NCBI GenBank assembly: GCA_010093605.1
Contig: MU004191.1
Location: 1,844,816 to 1,908,815 of the forward strand
Reading direction: 5' to 3'
Source of the DNA: Lophium mytilinum
Taxonomy: Eukaryota
DNA: 64,000 nucleotides
Positions 38,005 to 50,300 of the stretch are shown one piece after another (position 1 is the stretch's first letter; the number at the start of each line of letters is the position of its first letter). The notes beneath the pieces are model-generated. The model searched no databases. It saw only the letters and a program-made list of their open reading frames with translations, and was not told where the DNA came from. The translations under genes were made by a program, and so were the position numbers.

Positions 38005-38723
38005 CAGGACAGCCCCTCTCCTTCCTATTATTATGCTGTTATAGGAAGGAGCGAGAACTGGACAGGTTCATACGCTAAAATGGCTTGTAGTAATGGTTTA
38101 TCTATTGTGACTTTTCAACTAGTTCGACTTTGAGCTCGGCGGAGTGCTAAGTAAATGGCTCGAAGCAACAATGAGTAGTTCAGATCTCCCATTCCTGCTT
38201 CTGTCTAAATGAAAGCATCCAAAAAGGCTTTTGAACGGAATTGGCTCCTCATTTGTTCTTTTGACTAAATTTCAGGACCGATCTCGCCGATGATCGAGGC
38301 TTGAAGACCGAGAAAGAGACTGGCGCATCGAATCCGAAGTGGGCAAGGAAGATAGCGCACACCATTGAAGTTCAGGGAATCTCGCAACGCTGCCTCTATT
38401 ACCTGACTCTCTAGGGATCAGAAGAGACTAGCATGTCGAAAGTTAAAGTAGATACGGCCGACCACTACACCGCTGAGGACGTAAAAGCAGAAAAGCAAAT
38501 AATCCCCTCTTAAACAGTCGACACTATTGCCTACCTCGTAACCCGTGCGATGACTGTATCTCGTGGCCCTTCAACTTGAGCGGCCAGGATTAGGCATCGC
38601 GCAGCGTGACCACCTTGCCCTCGTGACGTTTTGCTCAACTAGAGCAATCCTCACCAGCCTTCATAGATGCGAGGGCAGCAATCATATTTGTGATACTCTT
38701 CGATCAGATCAGGTTCTATTACC

Positions 38724-40433
38724 TCAAGAAGACGGAAAAGGCATGATTGCAGACATTCCAATCGGAGTATAAGTCGTCGCGTTCTTGGGTCCGGCAGTGG
38801 ACTCAAACATAGCCTTCCCAGGCTTGTCGTATACGAGTCCAATCCACATGACCGCCTTCAATAGATGATGCATCTCCTCCCAGGAATTGATCTTGCACAA
38901 CTCGATACTCTGAAGGAGCAAAGGCTTCAGCCACGTGCCATCATGGGCATCAAACACCGACACGGCTCCGACCATCAGAAGCCATAGCTGAAGTTGTGGC
39001 TGGGTGCAGTACGTCATATCCGTAAGACACCGTCTGAAGTTAGAAGCTAAGTGGGAATAAGACAAGCCCAGATTACTCCATTGAAGAAAGACGTTGGAAG
39101 AAAACGTGAGAACGCCCAGCCGGACGGCCTCATCGCTGGAACCGAAGTCGAAACGCATGTTGAGGAGGGGATACACGACTGAGGCCATGGTTTCCAAGAA
39201 GGTTTCTGTGGAGATTCGCTGCGCGGTATCCACAGCGAAGTTGACCACAGAACAGAAATCCGACATGACTCGCCAGGTTTGAGCTAGCTCGCAGTCTACA
39301 ATATCGAAAGGTATGGCCGAGGTAGAAGGAGCACCACCCAAGTCGAGGAGACCGGTTAGGTCTGGATACGGTAAGAAGGGTTCCCCAGAGTTGAAGAATA
39401 CCGGCGGTGGGCCGCTACGAAGTGCCATCCCTAGATCGGTTCTGTGACAGTCAGAACCTTCTCCAACCAGCGAGAGCGCGTCGCAAGCGGCATATTACCT
39501 GAGGATTTCGATTAGAAGCTTCGGGTTTGCCCTAAAGGAGGTCACTCCACCTCTCAGGCCGACGATTTTGTGTAGGCCTTCGATGTGTTGTTTGGCTGCC
39601 TTTGCATCGCCCGTGACGAGTGCGTGACCGGCAATACCCATCACAGCAGCCAATGTCGTGAAAGAAAGTCTTGCTTGATCATTAACCTGGGCAAACCTCT
39701 CGCGGAGAATCCTGAGTGCCTTTAATAGATGAGGAAATGTCCTTCCGTCTGGAGGAGAGGACCTCCGGGGTACTATTGCATCGAAGTAATGCTGCGAAGT
39801 GAAAATCATCGTGTGAAGGAAGGCGGAATCGAATGTGAGAGGCGCTATCCATGCTTCCGCCCTCTTCTCAAAAAACGTGCATGCTTCCAGAGGGAACAAA
39901 ACTTTCTTAGCGATGACAGAGACTGATTTGACTACGGATGAGCCTGTGCCATAACACGAACAATGCGGAGCAACTCACACTGCAAAACCACTTCGACCGC
40001 TGCAGGCTCTACCGCGTCGGGAAAAGGGATTGTGGACATAGTTGACCCGAATTTGGGGGGAATCGTGATTCGAGAACGGGCCTGGATTTGATATGCTGTG
40101 GCGGTAGAAGCTAAAGATGCGACCACATCCACGCCGGGGGTGGTGGTGTTCCCACATGTACGATTGGGGCTTGAAGGTAGGACTTCTTGGACTCCGCTGG
40201 GTCCCTTTTTCTTACGGGGCTGTATCTGCTTTCCCTTATTCTTCCCCAGCATGACATGACTTCGAATCAGCTTGCGAAGCTCTGGATTGGGCTTTGCGAC
40301 ATCGGTGGATACCACGAAATGAAGGCCTGAAGTTCCACGGGAGGGCAAATGAGTCAGGTTGAAGCGTATAGAAACATAGCGTACTCCTTGAAATCAGTGG
40401 GAAGCGCTCACTTGACGAATTGGTGGCTGCCAT
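38724..40433 (-). CDS. Fungal-specific transcription factor-like protein (DUF3468/Fungal_trans_2-like, no Zn cluster seen)
   Basis: MAATNSS|SLHFVVST...RKLIRSHVMLGKN, D.AFLH, AAKQHIEGLHKIVGLRGG, R|TDLGMAL, LWLLMVGA, WEEMHHLLKAVMW. Three introns. Confidence 0.8.
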
Positions 40434-41179
40434 GGCGCGCGGCATGTCCTCAATCTGGAATACAATTGGCGTAATATGTTGGAGCTCTAATGCAGAGCGA
40501 AGCACTACGGCTATCGCACCGGTACGAGACGGCGAAGAGTTGACAGGAGATGAGGTGACGAGAAAAGTGTTGAAGAAACGTAGAAAAGGGAATGGTCGGG
40601 GCTGTAAAAGCTTAAAGTACTAGATTGTATACCGCTCTGAGTCTAGCTGGGCGCCATCCTGGCGAAGATCTTGACGAGATTGTATGCAGTTTTGGGTATA
40701 GCGGCAAAACCGCCCCTCGATAGTGTTTCTGGTCTGCAGACCCCGACTCCATCATCACAACTACGCTGTAAATGGTATACGATATCTTTTGTGCATTGCG
40801 ACTTCATTGGATCGGATGTGACATGAGGCCGCGGTGTCGGGACAAGGCACCCTTTACACGCGTGTACACCGTCTTCTCACGCGCTATGGCTGGCGGACGG
40901 TCCTTTTCACTCCCCGTGCCCACGAACGATTGGATGTGTAAACCATCCTTGCGTTATACTTAAAGCTCCTTCGGGCTTTTTTTTTGGGGAGTCGGAGTCG
41001 GAGAGGAGCCTCGGCGGCCATGGTCTGTATATAGCGTGAGGCGCGCATCATCTCTCTTATGTTGACTAGAGTCGAACGTTGCGACTCTACTCCTCTCCGA
41101 GCACCAGATTCGATCGCCTTATGCTGTAACACTTTCGAAAAGAGCCAGCACTTTCGACACCTAGCTCCCTGCCAGCACC

Positions 41180-42267
41180 ATGGTCGGCTCGAAGGACCTC
41201 CCGCCCTCCACCATACCCTTCTTCCCAAACGTCTTCTTCAACAACCAATTCCGCGCCAAACCGCAATGGCCCGCCCCAGGAACAAGCCTAGCAGGCAAAA
41301 CCGCCATTATCACTGGCGGCAATACTGGACTTGGATACGAGGCTGCGGCCCAACTCCTGGAACTCAAGCTGTCTTATCTCATCCTCGCCGTTCGAACCCC
41401 CGCAAAGGGTGAGGCAGCGGCCAGGGCGCTCACTCAGCTGCATCCGAAAGCCAAGGTCGATGTTTGGGAGCTGGAGATGAGTTCCTACGAATCTATCCAA
41501 GCATTTGCTCGCCGCGTCGACAACCAACTGTCGCGGATCGACATTGTCGTTCTCAATGCGGGCACTCTGCGGCTCTTCTACAGCAGCGTCAAGAGCACCA
41601 GCCACGAAGAGTGTCTGCAGGTCAATTACCTTTCCACCATGCTGCTTACCGTCCTCCTCATCCCAATCCTCAAGGGCAAGCGGGCTCCGGGACAGCCAGC
41701 CCATCTGACTATCGTCAGCGCTGCACTGACTCTGGCTGCGAAGTTTGCGAATCGGGAAGCGAACCCTCTTTTGCCAGCTCTCGATGATCCCAAACAGTTT
41801 GACCGTCAGGAGACGTACAACACCTCCAAGCTACTCGCTCACTTCTTCCTTTGGAACCTTGTTGATTGTGTCTCTCCCGAAGACGTTATTGTTAATTTGG
41901 CTGACCCGGCGTGGTGCAAGGGCACAGAGCTGGCACGCGACGTGAAGGGCGTGGTGAAGATAGGTATCAAGATGTTTGGAGCCCTAACCGGGAGGACGCA
42001 AAAGGTTGGGGCCTCCTGCTTTGTCGATGCGGTGGTGAACAAGGGCAAGGAGTCGCATGGGTGCTTTCTCATGAGTTGGCAGATCCATCCGTAAGCTTTA
42101 TTAATTCATTTCGGCTCTTGCGGTGCCATGCTAACGTCGCGCGCAGTTTTGCCGCCTTCTTGTACACGCCTGAGGGAAAGATCGTTCGACAACGCGTCTG
42201 GGAGGAAACGATGACGGAGCTTGACTTCGCTGGAGTTCGAGGTATCCTTGAGTCCATGAGGGCATAG
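41180..42267 (+). CDS. Short-chain dehydrogenase/reductase (retinol dehydrogenase/WWOX-like)
   Basis: TGGNTGLG, NAG, LQVNYLS, catalytic YNTSK. One intron starting at 42091. Confidence 0.92.
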
Positions 42268-44489
42268 TGGAACAAAGCTAAGGAGACTACTCTCTCCAAC
42301 ATGTACGAGGATCACTTGATAGATGTAGTGCTTTGGAAATATATGGATATGACGGTAGAGATCTAGACACGCGGCAGTAATCTAGTAGAGGTTTGCGCGC
42401 TCGAGGTGTATATTATATTAAAGTCTAAATATTATAGGCTTATGCAAGTTTATTATATTTAACATTATATAAAAGGTTATAATTTGTAGAGAAAAATATC
42501 TATTTCTCTTATTTCTAACTTAGATAGGTACTAGGGAGTTATTAACGCGGAAGGTACGTATATTTTAATTAATTCTATCTATTTTACTACTATAACTACG
42601 CCTAGCTTACGCCTTCTAGCTAGTTAAATTTATAGTAGAATTTCTCTTAATATATATTCTTAATTAACTTTCTATATATCTATATTAATTTCTCTTTCTC
42701 TATAGAATATAGTAGTAGAGTTATATACTATATTTTTAGTTTATAAATAGCACCTTATTATAGAGACTTTATAGGTTAAATAGCCTTTAAGTAGTAGTTA
42801 TATCTATTAAGATAGAACCCTTACTAAGTAAAACTAAATAGCTATTTATATAACTTAATAAGGTATATTAAAGGCGTTTCTCTAAGCGCTTACTATTATT
42901 TCCCTCTAAATATTATTAGCTAAATTACTATATATTCTTTTAAGCTAGAGCGTATAGATAATAGGCTAGAGATAATAGAAAAAAGAGCTTTAGTTAGTCT
43001 TAGGTTGCGCCTAGATAATACTAGATAGAGTACCTCTAACTACTAAAACTAAGTTAATAATAAGTAGTAAGAAATTACTAATTAGAAGTAATTCTTAAGA
43101 ATATATAATAAGGCTATAGTACCTCTAGCTACTAAATAGGCGTATTATAGAATATATAGTAGTACTCTCTAGTATAACTAGATTTCTAGGCTCTTTTTCT
43201 TCTAGCTTAAGAAACTATATATAGTTAAGCGCGGTAAATCTTCTATAAAACCTAAATAAATATTATAAGTATAACTAAAAACTTTTAATTACTAAACTAC
43301 TTAAATACCTTTAAATATATCTATTACTACTTCTATAGATAGTTCTACTATTACGCCCGGTATAGAATAACTAAATACCTCTAATAGTATAAATTAGCTA
43401 GTTAATAATATACTATATAGTATATTCTCTTCTATAGTATCTACTATAAATAACTATAAGAATATTATTATTATTAAATCTAATTCTAACTATATTCTTA
43501 AATTAGATATAGAAGCTAGTAATATAAACCTTAATAATAATAACTCTAGCCTTAGTAAGTGCTTTAACTAGGTAGATAATATAAAGAACTTTACTAACTA
43601 AAAAGCCTATACTAAGGTATATAAGTAAAGTATTAAATTAGTAAAGTATAAGTATAAGAAAACTAAATATACTAAAGTAGCTACTAACTATAAAGCTAGA
43701 CTCTCTCTCTCTAAATCTTACTAAAAATATAATAGTCTATACTAGACTAAAGATTACTTAAATCTTATTCTTCTCTTACCTAAATAATAAAAACTTAATA
43801 AGAAGGTAAATAAGAAGGTAAAGAAAGAAAATAAGAATAAGAATAAAAATAAAAATAAAAATAAAGATAAGACTAAAGGGAAAGAAAAAGGTAAAGTAAA
43901 GGCAGTAGCTAAAAATATAATAATAAGTAATAGTAGGGTAATACTCTAAAAGGCACCTATTAAGATAGATAAAGTATTTAGGTTACTAGATATAGAGAAT
44001 AATAAAGTAATAGTAATAGTAATATAGCTCTCTAGAGATAGTAACTCTAGTAGTAATTTAGATACTAGTAAATTATTCTTTATAGCTATTAAAAAAACTA
44101 CCCTAGATAATAAAATACTAGTCTACTAGAAAAAGAAAAAGAAAAAAGAAAAGGTAAAGGCTAAGAGTAAAGAAAAAGTAAAAACTACTCTCTTTTAAGT
44201 ATTTACTCTATTAATACTATATTTACTATCCCCCTAGTATAGAATATATACTCTAGATTTCTCTACCTCTACTCTATCTATAAAACGCGGATAAGTATAT
44301 ATATAAATCTAATAATAAAATATTAAATATAGCTACTCTAGGCTAGACTTTAGCTCCCCCCTCTACTATAAGATTTAACTAGTACTTCTACTTTATTTCT
44401 ACTCTATTCTAGCCCCTCTAGAGCTACTAGATAGAATAGACCTAAGATTATAGGGGCTAGAGGGTTAGAGTTAGGTAGGGAGAAGCAAG

Positions 44490-45087
44490 TTTAATATAGA
44501 GAAAATTAACCTTTAAGAATTACGTGTAGCATAACCTTGCACCGCCGTATTTAACTACTATAACGTAAAATAGAGTATACATGTAAAGAATAATACTTAG
44601 AATATAATATAATAGCGTTCTATTAACTTTAATTTAATTTACAAGCCGTAGTAGTAGCTTAAGGTAGGTATAGAGAGGCTGCAGGGTGCATAGATATAGA
44701 ATGGAAATTACTTAAAGGGTTTAGCATAAGAACAGCCTTGCGCTTAAGAATTAGTACAACTACTACTATATATAACTACTATAATGTAGTATAGAAGAAA
44801 TATATAAAGGATTATATATAATACATAATATAATAGTAATCTATTAACTTAGAATTAATATGTAGGCTATAGTAGTAGTAGTAGTTACATGTAGAGGTAA
44901 GATTCTAAATAATAGAAGTTACTTAAAGAGTTTAGTATAATGCCAGCCTTACACTTAATAAAGACCTTAACTAGCGCTGCATAGAACTACTATAATATAA
45001 GGTTAAAGATATTTATAAGGAAAATTACTTATTATATAATATAATAGTATTCTAGCAATTTAGAAATATTTTATAGGCTATAGTTAT
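44490..45087. repeat. Three diverged ~210-bp tandem units
   Basis: All three units carry aactactataa and atataatag. Units 2 and 3 also share ttacttaaag-gtttag-ata and taggctatagt. Confidence 0.6.
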
Positions 45088-46059
45088 NNNNNNNNNNNNN
45101 NNNNNNNNNNNNNNNNNNNNNNNNNNNNNNNNNNNNNNNNNNNNNNNNNNNNNNNNNNNNNNNNNNNNNNNNNNNNNNNNNNNNNNNNNNNNNNNNNNNN
45201 NNNNNNNNNNNNNNNNNNNNNNNNNNNNNNNNNNNNNNNNNNNNNNNNNNNNNNNNNNNNNNNNNNNNNNNNNNNNNNNNNNNNNNNNNNNNNNNNNNNN
45301 NNNNNNNNNNNNNNNNNNNNNNNNNNNNNNNNNNNNNNNNNNNNNNNNNNNNNNNNNNNGCATTAAATAAAATATATAAAGTAAAGGGTAGAATATAGTT
45401 TATATAACGTTTATAGATAAAGTAATTAATAGGGCTACCGTAGAAAGCCTTCCTGCTAGGGCTCTTCCCTAGCAACCTTAACCGAGTAGCAGTATCTATA
45501 AGGGGTGTTAAAACGGGTTAGGCAGAGTAAGCCCTATAATAAGAATATTAACAAATCCTTATTTTTAACTAATTATACTCCCTAACTACTTTCTACTTTT
45601 TAGCTCTATATTCTAAACTATTATCCCCCTTACTACTATACCTAGTAGTTAGTATAGAACGCCCTTAAAAGTACTAGAATAAAGAAGAGTAAAAAGCAGC
45701 TAAATTATATTTAATAGTAGATTTAAACCAACGCAAGAGAGATAAAAAGAAGAGGGCTATAGACTAAATAGCTGCAGTAGAAGAGGCTAGTAAGCCTACT
45801 TCTACTTCTATTCTAGATCCGTTTCTAATTATCTTTAAAAACCCTAGAGGTCTTTCTAGTATAAACATTAGGGCCCCTTATCCTACCCACCCTGCGCCTA
45901 CGCCCTTTTAACAACTAATTATACCTTAGAAGCCTTTAGAGAAAACTATTATATAACTTATAATTAGTATATCTTTTATAATCTTCTAGTATTTATAGTT
46001 AGGTTCTAATAAACTTAAGTAGAACCCGTCTTAATAAAAGAATTATTACCTTCTACCTC

Positions 46060-46360
46060 TACTTAATCTACGCAATATACTCCTCCGCAGCGGTCTACTT
46101 ATAGTAGTACCCGTTCTACTATTTCTTCTCTATCTATCTAACCTATATAACCTACGTAATATACTCCTCTATAGTAGTCTACCTATAGTAGTATCTATTC
46201 TACCGCTCCTCCTCTATCTACTAAACCCACCTAATATTCTACTCTAGGGCGGGCTACTTATAGCAGTACTTATTCTCTCGCTTCTCTAACTTCTTAATCT
46301 ACTTAACTAATATAACTTTCTTATATCTAGTAGTCTACTAGTAGTAGTACACACTCTAGT
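46060..46360 (+). repeat. ~80-87-bp tandem repeats, probably encoding Pro/Ser/Thr-rich peptide repeats in a RIPed gene
   Basis: ctacgcaatatactcctccgcagcggtctacttatagtagtac, ctacgtaatatactcctctatagtagtctacctatagtagtat, plus further diverged units. Confidence 0.65.
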
Positions 46361-47929
46361 AAGTTAAAAGCGGCCTAATATATACCTAAAATTTAAAGTA
46401 ATATAGAATTAATAGAAGCTATAGAGTAAAATTAGAGTAATAGTAGTAAGTATACTATTATATAGACTATTAAGGGAGCAGCAGTTAAAGAAAAAGAAGA
46501 AGCGGCTAAAGAAAGCGAAGTAAATAAAGAAGTAGCCTAAGTAGATAAAGAAGTAGAAGAGGCAGTATTAGAGTTGCTATTACCTATATCTTCCGCGTTA
46601 TCTTCTTATATACCTGCGTTACTACCACCTCTAAATACTAGAGAGGTATTACCCTCTCTATTACTACCTTCTAGTGTAGGGACACCTTAGTAAGCCGCAA
46701 ATAATAATAATAGAGCTCCGGGCTAAGTTCTACCCGCTATACGCTATCTCTATAAAGTGTTTCTTAAACCTATAGCTATACTATATATATATACAGGCGT
46801 ATATACTATTCTTACCCTCTAGAATACTCTATAGATAGCTATAATACTACACGCAAGTTTACGCGCTTAATAAACTATAGCAGCTCCTACTCCTATATAA
46901 CTAGAACTAATAATATAACGCTAAATACTAGCCCTTATTACTATATTACTACTTTATATACTTATGTAAATAACTAATAAAGAGATTATAGTAGAATTAT
47001 TCTTAGCGCAATAAAATAAGGCCGTAGAAGTGCTCTCTAGAATAGACGCTACGGAATAAATAGATAAGAAGGAAATGCTAGCTAATATAAGTTAGTTTAT
47101 ACAACTAGCGTATAATAATAGTTAGGTTTAGATAGAGTAGTACGCTGCCTTATTATCTCTCCGCCTAACGCTAGTAACTAAGGTTATAGAAGAGGAATTT
47201 ACCTAATTTAAGAATAAGGTAGAAGCAGGTGCAGATATAGATAAGGTATTAAATAATAGAGTTAAAGAGGGTAGAGAAGGTATATATACGCAAGGATAGT
47301 AAGATACTATAGATAAATTACCGGGTTTACTTAATAAAGTTACGCTAGAGAATTAAGGCAGTAGGGTAGATAATATAGCCTTAAATAGTAAAGGCAATAG
47401 TAAGATTATAGATAAAGTTATAGATAAGATAGACCCTAATAGGTAAGTATTATAAGCCCTATAGTTTATATAAAGCTAATATACGTAGGTATAATAATCT
47501 ATTAGTAAATACTCTATATATAGTAANNNNNNNNNNTTAGAAGTCTAGTATACTTACTATATATCTTAACTCTTTCTATTTAGATAATATAGTAGCTAAT
47601 ATTATAATATAGCAAGTAACTATATAATAGTTCCTTAAAGCAGATCCCTTAGCTAAGTTACTAGCTTTCTTCTAGCTTAGAATCTTTCCTTCTAATAAGA
47701 GCCTATTACAGCTAATACAGCCTTCTATTTAATAAGCCAACTAGAGCTATTATAGAGAGAGGATAATCCTAACAACTTTAATAATATCCTATAGAAATTA
47801 ATATTAAGCAGAGAAACTAGTAATATAGAAACTCTAAGGCTTAGTTTTATAAGGTCTAAAGCTAGCTTTATAGCGAATAAAGAGATTAAAATCCGGCAAG
47901 TATATAATATTAATAGCATTATTATTAGC

Positions 47930-50300
47930 ATCTCTACTTTAGCGGCCTATAATTTATACTTCTTACTATTTCTATAACTATCCTTTCTCTAAAGTATTAC
48001 TTAAAACTAATATATTATAATACGCGGCTATAAGCTCTATATAATAAAGCAGCTTTACATAGAGTATAGATATAAGTATTAATTTAAAACTTATATATTT
48101 TTCCCCTAGATATTAACACTAAATAAGTAGAAGGGTAGTACTTTGCATCTACTAGATATAATATAAGCAGCTTAGCTTAATAATATTATCTTACCTATAG
48201 TAAAGTATACTCTAATATCTAATAAGTAGTAGTATATACTATACAGTTTTAATATTATATAGAGTAAAGCAAGCGTTAAGAAAGAAAAATATATAATATT
48301 ATCTAGAGACTCTTATATTAATACTAAGTATATAATTCTATAGTATTAACTCTAAGAATTCTAGAACTAAGTTCTTTATAATGTAGAAAACTTTATAGAA
48401 ATAGATACTATACCTAAAGATTTATTTAAAGAAGTATTCCTAGTAGTCTTAGGTTATAATCTAAAAATAGTATATAAGTCCTTAAGTATAATTTAAAGTA
48501 GAAATTAGCTACTACGTACTTTAACTACTACTTTTAATAAAAACCTAATTAATATACTAGATAAGGGGATATAGGTTAACTATAGATATAAAGATATCCT
48601 AACTACTAATTAGCTAGATACCGGGGTTACCCTTCTACATAAAACTAGCTATAACAACTACTAGGCCACTTACTTCTATAATAGTGGAAAAGAAAAGATT
48701 TATATAATATTATACCCCTACTATCTTACCTAGGGCGCGTTATCTCTAATAGTAGAGCTCTAAGCAGGCAACTATAGCCGTATTAGTAGTATAGCATATA
48801 ATAAAATCTATAATAGTAATAAGATTATACTTAAGTTACCTATTAAGAATATTACGCCCTTTTATAATACTTAACTAGAAGCTCTTGCGTTCTTAACTAA
48901 AATAATTAAGTAGTAGTTTAAAGCGGCAGGTAGCTCTAAAGGATTATTAAAAAGAAAATAGCTTTAGAATAGTCTTACTACTATTCTCTAACGCCACTAT
49001 ACTATACTCTAGAGAGATAGATACTTATTCTATAGGGTTTAAACTAAGTTCTAAGTACTTCTTACTATACTTAAGCAACTTAAAGAAAGCGTAAGTCCTA
49101 AATTTACTATAAAGGATAGGCTAGATAATAGTAGTAAGCCTTATTACCCCTACTAGGTTCTTTCTATAAAAGAAGTTAATACCTTTACTATTGTAAACCT
49201 TAATCGCTAGGTATTCCTTTTCCAGGTACTATCTCTTTAGATTACCCCCGGGCGTAATACTAGGCATGTAGCAATACTAGATAAATAGCTAGTAAATAGT
49301 TATTTAGCATTTCTTTATATCCGCCTTACATAAATTACTACTAGATATAGTAATTCTACTTAATTATCTATACTATAGAAAAAAGAGTAGATAAATTAAA
49401 AAGACCCCTAGAATCCTGTAATCTTATATAGCCTTAGGTTATTAGACTTCCTTAAAAAGTATAGCATAGCTTAGCTAAAGTTAGAGTACTTAGATTAGAT
49501 AATAACGCCCCTATAACTTAGTCCTTAAGGCGTTAATTAACTGCAAGCCGGCCTTAGAAATTAATTCTAAGCTATATTTACTAAAGCTTAGATCTAGGTA
49601 TCTCTTACTAGGGAGAATATAGAGATGCGGTATCTATAGTATAGCATTACAGCATAGTACACGCTAGCTATTTAACGTAAAAATAGAACTAAAGTATAAA
49701 AAGATTAGTAATTAGTACCGCTATAGATAGGTAAGGCAGCTGCGCTTATTATTAAGGCATACTATACTAATATATATAAGCTTCTAAGTAGATAATACAT
49801 AGAAGAAGATAGAAATACTAAGATATAATAGAAGAGTAAAGAACTACGCAACTAATTTCTTAAGAGTATTTTAAATAGATCTATAGTTGCGCTTTATCCT
49901 AATATACTTATAAAGCTATATAGAAAGTTAGAACTTATAGTAAGCTACGCCTATATGCGGAATGTAGCTAGAAATAGTAATATAAATTATCTAAGGCACT
50001 TAACTAGACGCTAAATTAATTAAGTCTAGCCGCTATTTAATATTACGGATCTAGCTGCAGAAACTTAAAAATAAAATAATAGTCCCTTCCGCATAAAATT
50101 GCAAAGATTAAATGCAATAATTAGAAACAAAGCGTTACTAAAAACGGTAGAATAATTTCTTAATAATTTATAAGTAAAAGCCGCCTTATTACTCTAGATT
50201 CTTCTAAGATACAATAATAATAAAATTTTAACTACGCGTTAAGCTAAATAAAACAACTCTAAAGATATATAAGATAATATTAGGGGAAGAGATATAATTA
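47930..50300 (+). pseudogene. RIP-inactivated large protein of unknown family (motifs WxDxGxEDxP, GGxxYNKxYNxxK, SYGxRxExR)
   Basis: Manual de-RIP gives FLQSITQNQHIVIRG, TYVFFP, VFLVVSGHDLK, WVDYGYEDIP (48572), GVTLLHK, GGVAYNKIYN..K (48785), PF...LEALAF and SYGVxTEFxV (49028). An acidic N-terminal part may extend back to ~46980. Confidence 0.55.

Noticed and set aside
42410..44480. Starship captain (tyrosine recombinase) or transposase at the start of the AT block
   Set aside because: Decayed coding-like sequence with acidic/basic runs is present, but no recombinase, DDE or RT motif could be recovered by eye.
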